A stretch of 64,000 nt of DNA from Mobula hypostoma (taxonomy: Eukaryota), in NCBI RefSeq assembly GCF_963921235.1, contig NC_086108.1, positions 5,890,001 through 5,954,000 on the forward strand, given 5' to 3'. Of the stretch, positions 27,146-40,016 are shown one piece after another. The number at the start of each line of letters is the position of its first letter. The first letter of the stretch is position 1. The notes under the pieces were generated by a model. It did not search any database, was not told the origin of the DNA, and saw nothing but the letters and a program-made list of their open reading frames with translations. The translations under genes and the position numbers were made by a program.

Positions 27146-28286
27146 CAAGGCAAGGATTCTATTGTATTTCTTTGTTCTACTGTGAATGCCTGCAAGAAAA
27201 TGAATGGTCATATACACATTACATAGAGTACTTTGATAATAAATTTACTTCGAACTTTTGACATTCCAAGGGAGTATGGAATGAAAGATATGTTAAATCT
27301 GACTGTATGAACCTTCTAAAGCAGTGTGATAGACAAGCTTTTGGCATTTGGAGGGGTATGTATGCACATGTTTAATTTTATGAGGGTGAATATGTCTGTA
27401 AGTTCATTTTTTAAAATGAATATTGTGTTGGTCTGATGTAAACTTTCTTCCCATGTGCATGTGCCTCCGTTCAGATGGTTGTAAAATATTCTATGACACT
27501 GTTTTCAACACTGATTACACTCAAAAAGTATTGGAAGTGATAGAAAATCGTTTTTGGATGTCCTAACTTATTTACTTACTGCCCGTTACACCGCTGGCGT
27601 TTAGAGGAGCAATGAAGGTCCTCCATCTCTGGTGGTGCTCAGGGCTTCCTTCATCGTGTCGGTATTCCTCTCGGTTTTCACCACTGTCAGTCACACAAGT
27701 CCCAGCTGCAGGCTCACAAATACCGTCGCACTCAGATGTAGAAGGATTCTTCATTGCTGTTTCCATAAGTTTTATTTGACCAGTCAGGGTTGTTAGTCCT
27801 GAGCTGTACCCCCAAACCTGGAGGACTGGTGGACCACTCTTGGTCTGGCCTCTACCCTTTGACCTGTTTGGCATGGGTGACACTACCAAGAGCCAAATCA
27901 TAAAGCCCTGACTCCAGACAACATAGTGCTCTGGGGCATCGAGGCATGAAAGCTTCTGACCCCAAGGTTGTAGCCTGACCCCTCTGGTTCTCTTGGAGGT
28001 GGATTTTCGAAGGTTACAATATAAATGCACATATTTCTCTATGCCTGCAGAGTAACGATTATTTTCCTGATCATTGTTAAAGAAAACTGAAGGAAATGTG
28101 TCTCTCTACTCACTTTTTTAAAATGATTTTGTGCTCCTTCTCAAAGTTCAAGGAAACTTATTATCAAAGTACCAATATGATAGCATATATGACCTGAGAT
28201 TCATTTTTTGCAGGCATTTCCAGAAAACAAAGATTCAAAACAGATTTATTGTCGAAGAATGTATAAATTATACACCTTGAAATTTA

Positions 28287-29075
28287 AGACCATAAGACCA
28301 TTGGAGCAGAGTGAGGCCATTTGGCCCATCGGGTCTGCTCGGCCATTTCATCATGGCTGATCCACTTTTCCCTCTGAGCCCCAATCTCCGGTCTTCTCCC
28401 TGTATCCCTTCATGCCCAGCTCAAACAAGAATCTATCAAATTCTGCCTTAAATATACATGAAGACTTGCCCTTCACAGCTGCCTGTGGCAAAGAATTCCA
28501 CAGATTCACCGCTCTTTGCCTAAAGAAATTCCTCCTCATCTCCGTTCTAGAAGGACGCCTCTTTATTCTGAGGCTGTATTGTTTGTTCTTAGATTCTCCC
28601 ACCATAAGAAACAACTTCCTCATAACCACTCTATTGAGGCCTTTCACCATTCGATAGGTTTCAATGCCGTCACCCCTCATTCTTCTGAATTCTAGTGAAT
28701 ACAGGCCCAGAGCCATCAAACGCTCTTCATATGACAAGCCTTTCAATCCTGGAATCATTTTCGTGAACCTCCTTTGCACCCTCTCCAGTTTCAGCACATC
28801 CTTTCTAAGAGAAGGGGCTTAATGCTGCTCACAACACTCCAAGTGAGGCCTCACCAGTACTTTATAAAGCCTCAACATTACCTCCTTGTTTTTATATTCT
28901 AGTCATCTTGAAATGAATGCCAGCATTGTACTTGCCTTCCTCACCACAGACTCAATCTGCAAATTAACCTTTAGGGAATCCTGCACAAGCACTCCCAAGT
29001 CCCCTTACACCTCACTTTTTTGTATTTTCTCTCCATTTAGACAATAGTCAACCCTTTCGTATCTTCTACCAAAGT
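28287..29075 (-). mobile_element. CR1 LINE 3' fragment
   Basis: LERVQRRFTKMIPGLKGLSYEERLMALGLYSLEFRRMRGD; (TCTTATGG)n-type tail. Confidence 0.9.
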
Positions 29076-29589
29076 AGAGAGGACAGAAGGCCAAGGAAGG
29101 AAGAAAGAAAGTGGGGGGGGAGGAGCACCAGAGGAAGGCAATGGCCCCTCTTCCCTCTCTCACCTTATCTCCTTGCCCGCCCAGCGCCTTCTGTCCTCTC
29201 CTATCAGACTCCCCCTTCTCCAGTGCTGTATCTCTTTCACCAATCAACTTCCCAGCTCTTTACTTCATTCTTCTCCCTCCCAGTTTCACCTGTCACCTGT
29301 TTCTCTCTCCCCTCCCCTTACCTTTTAAATCTAATCATCTTTTTTTTCCCAGTCCTGCCAAAGGATCTCAGCCTGAAATGTTGACTGTACTTTTTCCATA
29401 GATGCTGTTTGGCCTGCTGAATTCCTGCAGCTTTTTGTGTGTGTTGCTTGGAATTCCAGCACCTGCAGAGTTTCTCTTGTTTGCATTTATATTGGTTTCC
29501 TTCAGTTTTCCGGTGTTTTATTGCTTGTGGCTGATTGGTGGCTGACTGATCTGTAATTTTTTGTGTGTAAGGTGAGGGGTTGGAGGTTT

Positions 29590-30020
29590 TGATGCGACTG
29601 TCCCTGTTCTGTTCTGCGAGAGAGGTGGGATTGTTATTGTCACTGTTTGCTTCTGCGAGTGAGGGATCGGAGATTGTTGTTGTCGCTGGTTTTTCTGTGA
29701 GTGAGGGGGTCAGGGATTGTTATAATCGTTGTTTTCTTCTGTGAGTGAGGGATCAGAGATTGTTATTGTGGCTGTTTGTTTCTGTGAGTGAGGGGGTGGG
29801 AGATTGTTATAATTGCCGTTTTCTTCTGCGAGTGAGGGATCAGAGATTGTTATTGTGGCTGTTTGTTTCTGTGAGTGAGGGGGTGGGAGATTGTTATTGT
29901 GGCTGTTTTTTCTGTGAATAAGGTTGGTCTGGGATTGTTATAATCGCTGATCTTTTCCAGCGAGTGAGGGGGGGGTCAGGGTTTGTCATTGTTGCTGTTT
30001 TTTTCTGCAGGGAGGGGAGG
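29590..30020. repeat. ~43-44 bp minisatellite, about 9-10 diverged units
   Basis: TTGTTAT(T/A)..TTCTG(T/C)GAGTGAGGG.. repeated, with partly alternating variants. Confidence 0.8.
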
Positions 30021-30229
30021 GGGGAATTTGGGGTCTGTTAGTTTTGTTTCTTTTCCTTTTCATGCCAATTGCAGGGGGAGTTGATGTCTCTTCTCTCAAC
30101 AACACCTATGGTGTTTCTGTATTTCATGGCTATCTGGACTAGACAAATATCAGAGTTGTATCGTACATGCATACTTTGATAATAAAATGGAATTTTGATC
30201 CTTTGAACTGGAAACTCGAAAAACAATAG

Positions 30230-30572
30230 AATTTATGAAAAACAGTACATAACAAAGACTGACAAACAACTAATGTGCAAAAAAAAGACAAATTACAAAT
30301 TAAAAATAATAATAATACCAAGAAGGATTTGTCAAGTCCTTGAAAGCAAGACTGTAGGTTGTGGAATCAGATCAGTGTTGTGGTGAGTGAAATTATCCAC
30401 ACTGGTTCAGGAGCCTGATGGTTGTGGGGTAATAACTGTTCCTGAACCTGGTGGTGTGGGACCTGAGGCTCATTGTGGTGAGTGAAGTTATCCACACTGG
30501 TTCAGGAGCCTGATGGTTGTGGGGTAATAACTGTTCCTGAACCTGGTGGTGTGGGACTGAAGGCTCCTGTAA
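30230..30572 (-). mobile_element. LINE 3' end carrying two tandem copies of the same 95-bp unit as the 13.7-16.4 kb array
   Basis: Reverse complement of 30377-30560 matches array units, including the junction CACCACAATGAGCCTCAGG. Confidence 0.9.
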
Positions 30573-30649
30573 CTCACACCCGAGTATTAGTTAAAGTTCA
30601 AAGTTCAAAGTAAATTTTATTATCAAAGTACATAAATGTCACCATATAC

Positions 30650-32690
30650 ATAGTGACATAGTTAATTCAGAAACAAAGGTTCTGAACTTAAAGGGGGGTA
30701 AATTTGAAGGTATGAGACGTGAATTAGCTAAGATAGACTGGCAAATGACACTTAAAGGATTGACGGTGGATATGCAATGGCAAGTATTTAAAGGTTGCAT
30801 GGATGAACTACAACAATTGTTCATCCCAGTTTGGCAAAAGAATAAATCAAGGAAGGTAGTGCACCCGTGGCTGACAAGAGAAATTAGGGATAGTATCAAT
30901 TCCAAAGAAGAAGCATACAAATTAGCCAGAGAAAGTGGCTCACCTGAGGACTGGGAGAAATTCAGAGTTCAGCAGAGGAGGACAAAGGGCTTAATTAGGA
31001 AGGGGAAAAAAGATTATGAGAGAAAACTGGCAGGGAACATAAAAACGGACTGTAAAAGCTTTTATAGATATGTAAAGAGGAAAAGACTGGTAAAGACAAA
31101 TGTAGGTCCCCAGGGCCAGATGGTCTGCATCCTAGAGTGCTTAAAGAAGTAGCCCAAGAAATAGTGGATGCGTTAGTGATAATTTTTCAAAACTCGTTAG
31201 ATTCTGGACTAGTTCCTGAGGATTGGAGGGTGGCTAATGTAACCCCACTTTTTAAAAAAGGAGGGAGAGAGAAACTGGGGAATTATAGACCGGTTAGCCT
31301 AACGTCGGTGGTGGGGAAACTGCTGGAGTCAGTTATCAAGGATGTGATAACAGCACATTTGGAAAGCGGTGAAATGATCGGACAAAGTCAGCATGGATTT
31401 GTGAAAGGAAAATCATGTCTGACGAATCTCATAGAATTTTTTGAGGATGTAGCTAGTAGAGTGGATAGGGGAGAACCAGTGGATGTGGTATATTTGGATT
31501 TTCAAAAGGCTTTTGACAAGGTCCCACACAGGAGATTAGTGTGCAAACTTAAAGCACACGGTATTGGGGGTAAGGTATTGGTGTGGGTGGAGAATTGGTT
31601 AGCAGACAGGAAGCAAAGAGTGGGAATAAACGGGACCTTTTCAGAATGGCAGGCGGTGACTAGTGGGGTACCGCAAGGCTCAGTGCTGGGACCCCAGTTG
31701 TTTACAATATATATTAATGACTTGGATGAGGGAATTAAATGCAGCATCTCCAAGTTTGCGGATGACACGAAGCTGGGTGGCAGTGTTAGCAGTGAGGAGG
31801 ATGCTAAGAGGATGCAGGGTGACTTGGATAGGTTAGGTGAGTGGGCAAATTCATGACAGATGCAATTTAATGTGGATAAATGTGAAGTTATCCACTTTGG
31901 TGGCAAAAATAGGAAAACAGATTATTATCTGAATGGTGGCCGATTAGGAAAAGGGGAGGTGCAACGAGACCTGGGTGTCATTATACACCAGTCATTGAAA
32001 GTGGGCATGCAGGTACAGCAGGCAGTGAAAAAGGCGAATGGTATGCTGGCATTTATAGCGAGAGGATTCGAGTACAGGAGCAGGGACATACTACTGCAGT
32101 TGTACAAGGCCTTGGTGAGACCACACCTGGAGTATTGTGTGCAGTTTTGGTCCCCTAATCTGAGGAAAGACATCTTTGCCATAGAGGGAGTACAAAGAAG
32201 GTTCACCAGATTGATTCCTGGGATGGCGGGACTTTCATATGAAGAAAGACTGGATGAATTGGGCTTGTACTCGTTGGAATTTAGAAGATTGAGGGGGGAT
32301 CTGATTGAAACGTATAAGATCCTAAAGGGATTGGACAGGCTAGATGCAGGAAGATTGTTCCCGATGTTGGGGAAGTCCAGAACAAGGGGTCACAGTTTGA
32401 GGATAGAGGGGAAGCCTTTTCGGACCGCGTTAGGAAAAACTTCTTCACACAGAGAGTGGTGAATCTGTGGAATTCTCTGCCACAGGAAACAGTTGAGGCC
32501 AGTTCATTGGCTATATTTAAGAGGGAGTTAGATATGGCCCTTGTGGCTACGGGGGTCAGGGGGTATGGAGGGAAGGCTGGGGCGAGGTTCTGAGTTGGAT
32601 GATCAGCCATGATCATAATAAATGGCGGTGCAGGCTCGAAGGGCTGAATGGCCTACTCCTGCACCTATTTTCTGTGTTTCTGTGTTTCTA
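30650..32690 (+). pseudogene. Young 5'-truncated CR1 LINE ORF2 (RT domain nearly intact; internal deletion near 31110, stop at 31854-31856, late frameshift)
   Basis: [56 protein letters not shown]; microsatellite-like tail at ~32670. Confidence 0.95.
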
Positions 32691-33479
32691 TGTAAACTGT
32701 ATTGCCCACATGCACCAGGAGGACACACCTCTCCCAAGGCCACACCTGGAGATACCAAAATGTCAGGCCACATGGTGAGTCTGACAACCCACTGCTCACA
32801 GAGAGCCGCAGTCTGAGCTGCAGTTGTAGATCACAGACTCCAACAATTCCCCAGCCACTTTGAAAAGAAAAGAAAGATGCAATAAAAGAAGAATAAGTTG
32901 TTTCGTGGACGAACTGGAAGAAGTCACTTGGGTCTGCAAGAACTACTGGCGCCATCTTTTCTAGCTCCTTCCACCAGCTATTGCATTCTGTTTCTTCATT
33001 TCAATGCCCACAATGAGAATGAAGCGTTGTGAACAAATATAAATTCTTTCAGCAAGAGCATTTTTGGCCTCAGATGACATATTAATGGTATGAATTGTAG
33101 TGTAGCAGTTAGCATGACACTGTTTGAGCCTGGGGCATTCTAGGGTTCAGAGTTCAACTCTGACATCCTCTGTAAGAGTTTGTACGTTCCTTCCCGTGTG
33201 CGTGTGGGTTTCCTCCAGGTGCTCTGGTTTCCTCCCACAGTCCAAAGACTGACCGGTTTGTAGGTTAGTTAGTCATTGTAAATTTTGCTGTGATCAGGCT
33301 AGGGTTAAATCCATGGTTTTCTGGGCAGCTTGGCGCAGCTGGCTGGAAGGGCTTGTTCCACACTGTATTTCTAAATAAATATATAAATAAACAGATTAAA
33401 TAAATAAATAAATAAATGGATGGATGGATAAATAAATCAATCAATAAACACATAAATCAATAAACAGATACATTTATCT

Positions 33480-34312
33480 ATTGGAGGAGGCGGAGCTAAG
33501 TAGTTATGGTGCCCAACAGCAACTCCTCTGCTTACATGTTTGAAAACAGTTCTATTTCCATCTTTAATATCTCTATTTTTCCTTTCAGGGTTCTTTTGAA
33601 GACCCTGACCTGGAGTTACAAGCTGACTATGGTTGCGGGAATGGGACCTGCTCTCGGGGTTCCACAATCGGCCACTATTCGGCACGCCAAGGGCTTGGCC
33701 TGAGATTTAGGCTCGGATTCAGAAGCCTGGGATCTCGAGGAACTGAAGATGGACGGATCAAGGGTTGGTGTCACCACAGGAGACCCGTGTGTCGTTGGGG
33801 GAGTCGGAACATCTGCTGTGTGCCTGGGGACCCAGGATCTTTCCGATCTTCAGGCACAGAGTTTGAAAAAAGCGACGTAATGGATTTTTAACATCGTAAA
33901 CCAGCGAGTTGTTTGTTATGTCTCCTCGCTCGTTGGAAAATGGAGTCATCTCTTTCTCCCTTATTAGGAGAGAGAGAGCCTGCAGCATGTTGAATTACCG
34001 GGTGAACAATGTAGTCTTTGGGGTAACTGCAAGTCTGTGTCTTTGCTATTGCTTTGCTCACACTTGAGTGCTGGTAGCGGGTGCATTCTATTTTTGCCGG
34101 TGGGGGGAGGGGGACTGTTGCTCTCTGCAGCTTGCACGTGGGAGGGAGGGGAGCTGGGGGGGGGACTTTGAGGTTTAACATTTAACTGTTGTTCATTCTT
34201 TGGGGCACTCCTCTGTTTTCGTGGATGGTTGTGAAGAAAAAGCATTTCAGGATGTATATTGTATACATTTCTCTGACATTAAATTGTACCTTTGAACCTT
34301 TGAATCTTTGAA
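33480..34312 (+). mobile_element. Non-autonomous retroposon-like repeat with (TTGAA..)n tail; related pieces at ~44130-44420 and ~45845-46170
   Basis: Shared internal segments between copies; ends ATTAAATTGTACCTTTGAACCTTTGAATC. Confidence 0.5.
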
Positions 34313-34324
34313 ATAAATGGCCCT

Positions 34325-35052
34325 GTATATCTTCTTTAAATCTTTTTATTGAATAAGTATACAAAAAGGTAAGCCATATAGACACTAATACACTGTTAGA
34401 ATATAATAAAATTACAGAAGATATTAATACAAAAAAAATACTACAAACAATGTAATTTAAACATAACATACCAAGGTAACATAATAGTATACTAATTTTT
34501 ATATATATATCAATAGAGAAAAGGAAAAAAAAACCCCCCAAAAAAAACCCACCATGCAACTAACTAAAAGCAAAGCAAAGCAATGGGCTAACTTGAAACC
34601 AAACAGAGTTAAAAAACTTAAAATCACGTCCTCAATCCCGACCTCCATTAAAAACAGTAAAAAAAAACAAGAAGGGTATATATTACATTAAATGAAAGTA
34701 TTGAGTAAAAGATCTCCAGGTCTGTTCAAATTTAAATGAGGAGTCATAAAGATTGCTTCTAATTTTCTCCAAATTCAAGCATAATATCGTCTGAGAAAAC
34801 CAAAAAAAGGTAGTTGGAGCATTAAGCTCTTTCCAATGTTGTAAGATACATCTTTTCGCCATTGAAGTAAGAAATGCAATCATTCTACGGGCTGAAGGGG
34901 AAAGATTACTGGAAATTTTAGGTAGTCCAAAGATAGCAGTAATAGGGTGAGGAGAGATATCTATATTCAATACCTTGGAGATAATATTAAAAATGTCTCT
35001 CCAAAAAGTTTCCAGAGTAGGGCAAGACCAAAACATATGAGTTAAAGAGGCT
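34325..35052 (-). mobile_element. L1-clade LINE ORF2 C-terminus, 3'UTR and polyA signal
   Basis: ASLTHMFWSCPTLETFW..AIFG..AKRCILQHWK..LEKIR..FEQTW; AATAAA followed by an A-rich end. Confidence 0.85.
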
Positions 35053-35159
35053 GTATATCTTCTAAAAATATACCAAGTTCTCATACATCTGTGAAATTGA
35101 ATGTTTAAGATTTCAGGATTTCAGGAAATGCCAACCCAACTGTTCAAAGAATTTCAGTC

Positions 35160-35770
35160 ACACACAAGCCAACAGTAACGTTGAGGAGAGTACTTTGCAG
35201 ACTAAAAGAATGAACCAAGCTATAAGACAAGACTAATATGGTCTACAAAATCCAAGTTGGGGACTGCAGCAAATGTTATGTTAGCCAAACTGGGAGAAAA
35301 CTATCCGCAAGGATCCATGAACATCACCTGGCTGTAAAGCGACATGACCAACTTTCCCTTGTCTCTACCCATGAAGATAGAGAGGGGCACAACTTCAACT
35401 GAGCATCAGAGGAAGTCATAGCACCAGGGGAACGTGCGGCATGTAAGATAATTCCTAGAGGCTTGGGTTTTCCACAAACAATTCTATAAACAGGCACGTA
35501 GACCTTGATCCCATTTCTGAGCCGGTGTGGGCAAAGTTCCTGACCATAACAAAATGAAGTTCACCACACAGCCAATCAGCGACGAGACCCCCTCCTACTC
35601 ACAATTAAATTTCTGTAATGACGACCAGTCAGCTGATTGATGAATATATAAAGGCCAAGCATTCAGAGGACACACCACAATCAACAGCGCACTGACAATG
35701 TCTCCTCGTATGGTGATGAAACGCTTGCAAGTAAGTTGCCAAGATCGGAGAACAACTCAACCCAACCACT
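35160..35770 (+). mobile_element. Second, distinct Penelope-like family: GIY-YIG remnant
   Basis: Manual translation from ~35229: KTNMVYKIQVGDCSKCYVSQTGRKLSARIHEHHLAVKRHDQLSLVSTHEDREGHNFN. Confidence 0.8.
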
Positions 35771-36364
35771 TGAGGGCTCTGCTTGAGGCCTGTGTTTGTG
35801 ACAACCCTATCTTCATTGGCAACTCACTCTGCCACCCAGTGCCTGGCCAGGTCAAACGTGAATTGGATCTAACCAGGCATTATGCAATGATTTAAGAAGG
35901 CATTAATTTAATTGTTGGCATCATGTTGCAGTGAAAAACCCAAGGTTATACTGGTACTGATATAGAAGCCACAATAGGGCAGCACAGTAATGTAGTGGTT
36001 AGCAGAACGCTTTAAGTACCAGTGACAAAGGTTCAATTCCCATCACTGCCTGTAAGGAGTTTGTACGTTCTCCCCGTGACCGCGTGGATTTCCGTTGGGT
36101 GCTCTGGTTTCCTCCCACAGTCTAAAGACGTACCGGTTGGTAGGTTAATTGGTCATTGTAGATTGTCCCGTGATTAGGCTAGGGTCAAATTGGGGATCTC
36201 TGGGTGGTGCAGCTCGAAGGGCCGGTAGGCCGTATTCGATGCTGTATCTCAATAAATTAATAAAATAAAATAAAGATAAAGAAATTAATTAAAAGATAGA
36301 GTTGAATTATTTCAATGCTAGCCAAACTTAATGGTTTCATCCGGGCAAATTGACTCTAAGGATT

Positions 36365-36800
36365 CCAAAGTTTCGGGCTGAGACTTTTCGTCGGGACTGG
36401 AGAGGAAGGGGAGAAGTCAGTGTAAGGAGGTGGGGGCAGGGGAGGAAGAAGTCCAAGGTGGCAGGTGATAGGTGAAACCGGGAAAGGGGAGGGGTGAAGT
36501 AAAGAGCTGGGAAGTTGATTGGTGGAGGAGATAAAGGTCTGAAGAAGGGGGAATCTGATAGGAGAGGACAGAAGACCATGGAAGGAAGGGAAGGGGGAGG
36601 GACACAAGAGGGGGGCGATGGGCAGGTAGGAAATAAGGTGAGAAATAGAAATGGGAATGAGGGAATGGTGGAGGTGGGGGTGGGGTAATAACCGGAAGTT
36701 CAAGAAATCAAGGTTCATGAAATCAGGTTGGAGGCTACCCAGACGGAATACAAGGTGTTGCTTCTCCATCCTGAGTGTGGCTTCATTGCAGCAGTAGCAG
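36365..36800 (-). mobile_element. PLE 3' fragment
   Basis: EATLRMEKQHLVFRLGSLQPDFMNLDF, pyrimidine tract, decayed hammerhead at 36365-36400. Confidence 0.75.
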
Positions 36801-37509
36801 AAGCTATGGAACTTATGAGTTTTAGCAATCGAAGTGAATCTTCTAACAAGAGCAACACACGCTTGCACAGGGTTGTTAAGTTACCAGAATGCTACAATAT
36901 ACCACAGGAGAAAAGTAGCTGGGCCATCATTGAATTGGCTGTTCCTGAAACCTCAAGTGTGGTACGGTACTGTAGAGGTGAGAGTAGTGTTATGACAACA
37001 CCAGCAACCAGGGTTCAATTCCCGTCGCTGTCTGTAAGGAGTTTGTACGTTCTTCCTGTGACTGCGTGGGTTTCCTCCGGGTGCTCCAGTTTCCTCCCAC
37101 AGTCCAAAGGTGTCCCGGTTAAGGTTAGTAAATTGAGGACATGCTATGTTGGAGCCAGAAAAATGGAGACACTTGTGAGCTTTCCCCAGTACAATCCTCA
37201 GCCTGTGTTGGCCATTGATGCAAGAGGACACATCTCACTGTATGTTTCAACATGCACGTGACAAATAAAGCTAATCTTTAATCCTTAATCGTCTGCAAGC
37301 CGGCCCTCCATCTATTCATCTGAGAGGCTGGAGCAGCAGAGGAACATATCCACTGAAACTTTTGCTCACGATCTGTCACTTTTATTATCTGTAACAATCC
37401 TGATGTTGTCCCAATAGATTCCTTTAACTCTTCCATCTATCATCTCCTAGTGTCTTACATAACCCCCTCCTCTACCTATACATCCTTTCCTTCACCTGGT
37501 CTCACCGTA

Positions 37510-38370
37510 CGAAGACAGGTGGAGTGGCAGGTAGTTTTGAGGAAGTGGAGAGGCTACAGAAGGACCGAGACAGATTAGGAGAATGGGCAAAGAAGAGGGA
37601 GATGGAATACAGTGTCAGGAAGTGTATGGTCGTACACTTTGGTAGAAGACTATTTACTAAATGGAGAGAAAATTCACAAATCTGAGGCACAAAGGGACTT
37701 GGGAGTTCTCGTGCGGGATTCCGTAAAGGATAATTTGAAGGTTGGGTCGATGGTGAGGAAGACAAATGAGATGCTAGCATTAATTTTAACAGGACTAGAA
37801 TATAAAAGCAAGGCTATAATGTTGCAACGTTATAAAGCACTGGTGAGGCCTCATTTGGAGCACTGTGAGCTATATTGGGCCCCTTATCAAAGGATGGGAG
37901 TGTTGGCATTGGAGAGGGTTCAGTGGAGGTTCAAGAAAATGATGTTAGGATTGAAAGGCTTATCATACGAGGAGTGTTTGATGGCTCTGAGTCTGTACTC
38001 ACTGGACTTCTGAAGAATGAGGGAGGATTCCATAGAAAGGGCTCGATAGAGTGGATGTGGAAAGGATGTTTCCTATGATGGGAACAGAGGACCCAGCCTC
38101 AGAATAGTCTTCTTAGAATGGAGAGGAGAGGGAATTTCTTTAGACAGAAAGTAGTGAATCTGTGGAATTCATTGCCACCGGCAGCTGTGGAGGCCAAGTC
38201 ATTGGTTATGTTTAAGGCAGGGGTTTATGGATTATTGATAGGGATAGCCATTTCATCATGGCTGATCCATTTTCCCTCTCAGCCTTTTCATGGATCAGCC
38301 ATGACGAAATGGCGGAGGAAACTCGATGGACCAAATGGCCTAATTCTGCTTCTTTATCTTATGGTTTTAT
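37510..38370 (+). mobile_element. CR1 LINE 3' fragment
   Basis: YLLNGEKI..QRDLGVLV..YKALVRPHLEHC..LSYEE. Confidence 0.85.
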
Positions 38371-38613
38371 GATCCCTCCCCTTCTTATTCTGGATTATGC
38401 CCCCGTCCTTTCCAGTCCTGATGAAGGATCTTGGTCCAAAATATCAACTGTTTATTCCCCTCCATAGATGCTGCCTGACCTGCTGAGTTCCTCCAGTATT
38501 TTGTATGTTGCTCTGGATTTCCAGCATCTGCAGAATCTCTTTATTTTTGTATTTTCACTGGTCTGCTTCCCCATGTAATGAAAACTGCCCAACACCTTGG
38601 AATCTAGGCATAA

Positions 38614-39409
38614 CACTGCACAGCAAAGATTTTGCTTCCTGAATACTTTTGGGTGCATCTTATGGATTTTGAGCTGCCGATCAGGAAAATCACGAAGAAA
38701 ATTCCCTATCTTGCATCATTTTGTTTTGAAATTGCCTAGATTTGTTATTTCAATTCATAATTCAGGTCAGAATAACTGATGCCAAGATTAAGGAAGGCAT
38801 TTTTGTTGGCCCAGAAATCAAACAGGTCATCAGTGACAGGCAATTCAAAGAACTTCTAGTGGGACCGGAGAAAATCACATGGAAGGCTTTCAGAGATTTT
38901 GCTGAAAATTCTCTTGGCAACTACAGAGCACCAAACTACGTGCAGCTGGTTGACGACATGCTTGAAGCATACAAAACCATGAAGTGCTGCATGTCACTAA
39001 AGATTCATTTTCTGCATTCCCATTTAGACCTCTTCCCTGCAAATCTTGACACTGTCAGTGACGAGCACGGTGAAAGGTTTCACCGGGACATTGCGGTCAT
39101 GGAGAAATGGAATCAGGGCAACCGGAATCCATCAATGTTGGCTGATTATTGTTGGACATTTAAGTGAGAAGCCTCTGACACTGAGTACAAATGAAAATCA
39201 TCAAGAAATCATTTTTAGCTGAGTTGAACTACTGCAAAGCATCAGCTCCATTATGCAATTAAACACATTATATTCAATAAACGTTAATCTCTTGTTTCTC
39301 CAGATTCCTATGTGATACAAGTAGCCTGAAAATATACTTCAAGCAGCCTATCATAAACAAAAATAAATTCTGAGAAAACAACGCTTCCAAAAAAATTTGT
39401 TGTCCAGTG
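38614..39409 (+). mobile_element. Chapaev3-like (CMC) DNA transposon, internally deleted, with transposase C-terminal part
   Basis: DAKIKEGIFVGP..MSLKIHFLHSHLDLFP.NL..VSDEHGERFH.DI..MLADYCW; imperfect TIRs CACTGCACAGCAAA / TTTGTTGTCCAGTG. Confidence 0.75.
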
Positions 39410-39944
39410 ATTATTGAACTTTGAAGTAGCGGAACTCAAGACCACACAGATGAATTTCTAGGCCTACCTATGTACCAGGTGTAACGTGAGTTCTAATCAG
39501 CCCCCTACAACTGTACATAGAACACAGTACAAGCCCTTCAGCCCACAATGTTGTGCCAACTCTAAGATCAATCTAACATTTCTTCCCTCATAACCCTCCA
39601 ATTTTCTATCATCCATGTGCCTATCTAAGTGTTATATCTTTCCAGATTTGGATTGTTATTTTATTTCTAATTACTCGATCTCACTGCTTACGTGTGGCTT
39701 CACAGCTGTTACTGATTGCTGATAATCGCCTTGTTAGGCAATTAGCTTTCATTATCAGGGCGGCCATTTTATATCATTTGTCCATTTCATTTAGTAGTTA
39801 GAAGCACTTGTTAGAAGTCAAAGGAATTTCAATCAATATTTGAATCTGCCTTTCGTTAGAATGAAAACAGTACTTTCTTTTTACAACATACATCAAAGTT
39901 GCTGGTGAACGCAGCAGGCCAGGCAGCATCTGTAGGAAGAGGTG

Positions 39945-39981
39945 CAGTCGACGTTTCAGGCCGAGACCCTTCGTCAGGACT
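39945..39981 (-). ncRNA. Minimal type I hammerhead ribozyme motif, intact core
   Basis: Minus strand reads AGTC-CTGACGA-A-GGGT-CTCG-GCCT-GAAA-CG-TC^-GACT: stem I, CUGANGA, stem II, GAAA, palindromic ACGU stem III, GUC cleavage triplet. Confidence 0.8.
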
Positions 39982-39983
39982 AA

Positions 39984-40016
39984 CTGACGAAGGGTCTTGG
40001 CCTGAAACGTCGACTG
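39984..40016 (+). ncRNA. Minimal hammerhead motif (core intact, 5' strand of stem I missing)
   Basis: CTGACGA-AGGGTCTTGGCCT-GAAA-CG-TC-GACTG. Confidence 0.65.

Noticed and set aside
30712..32462. Functional reverse transcriptase gene
   Set aside because: 5'-truncated, internally deleted, with an in-frame stop and a frameshift: a dead CR1 copy
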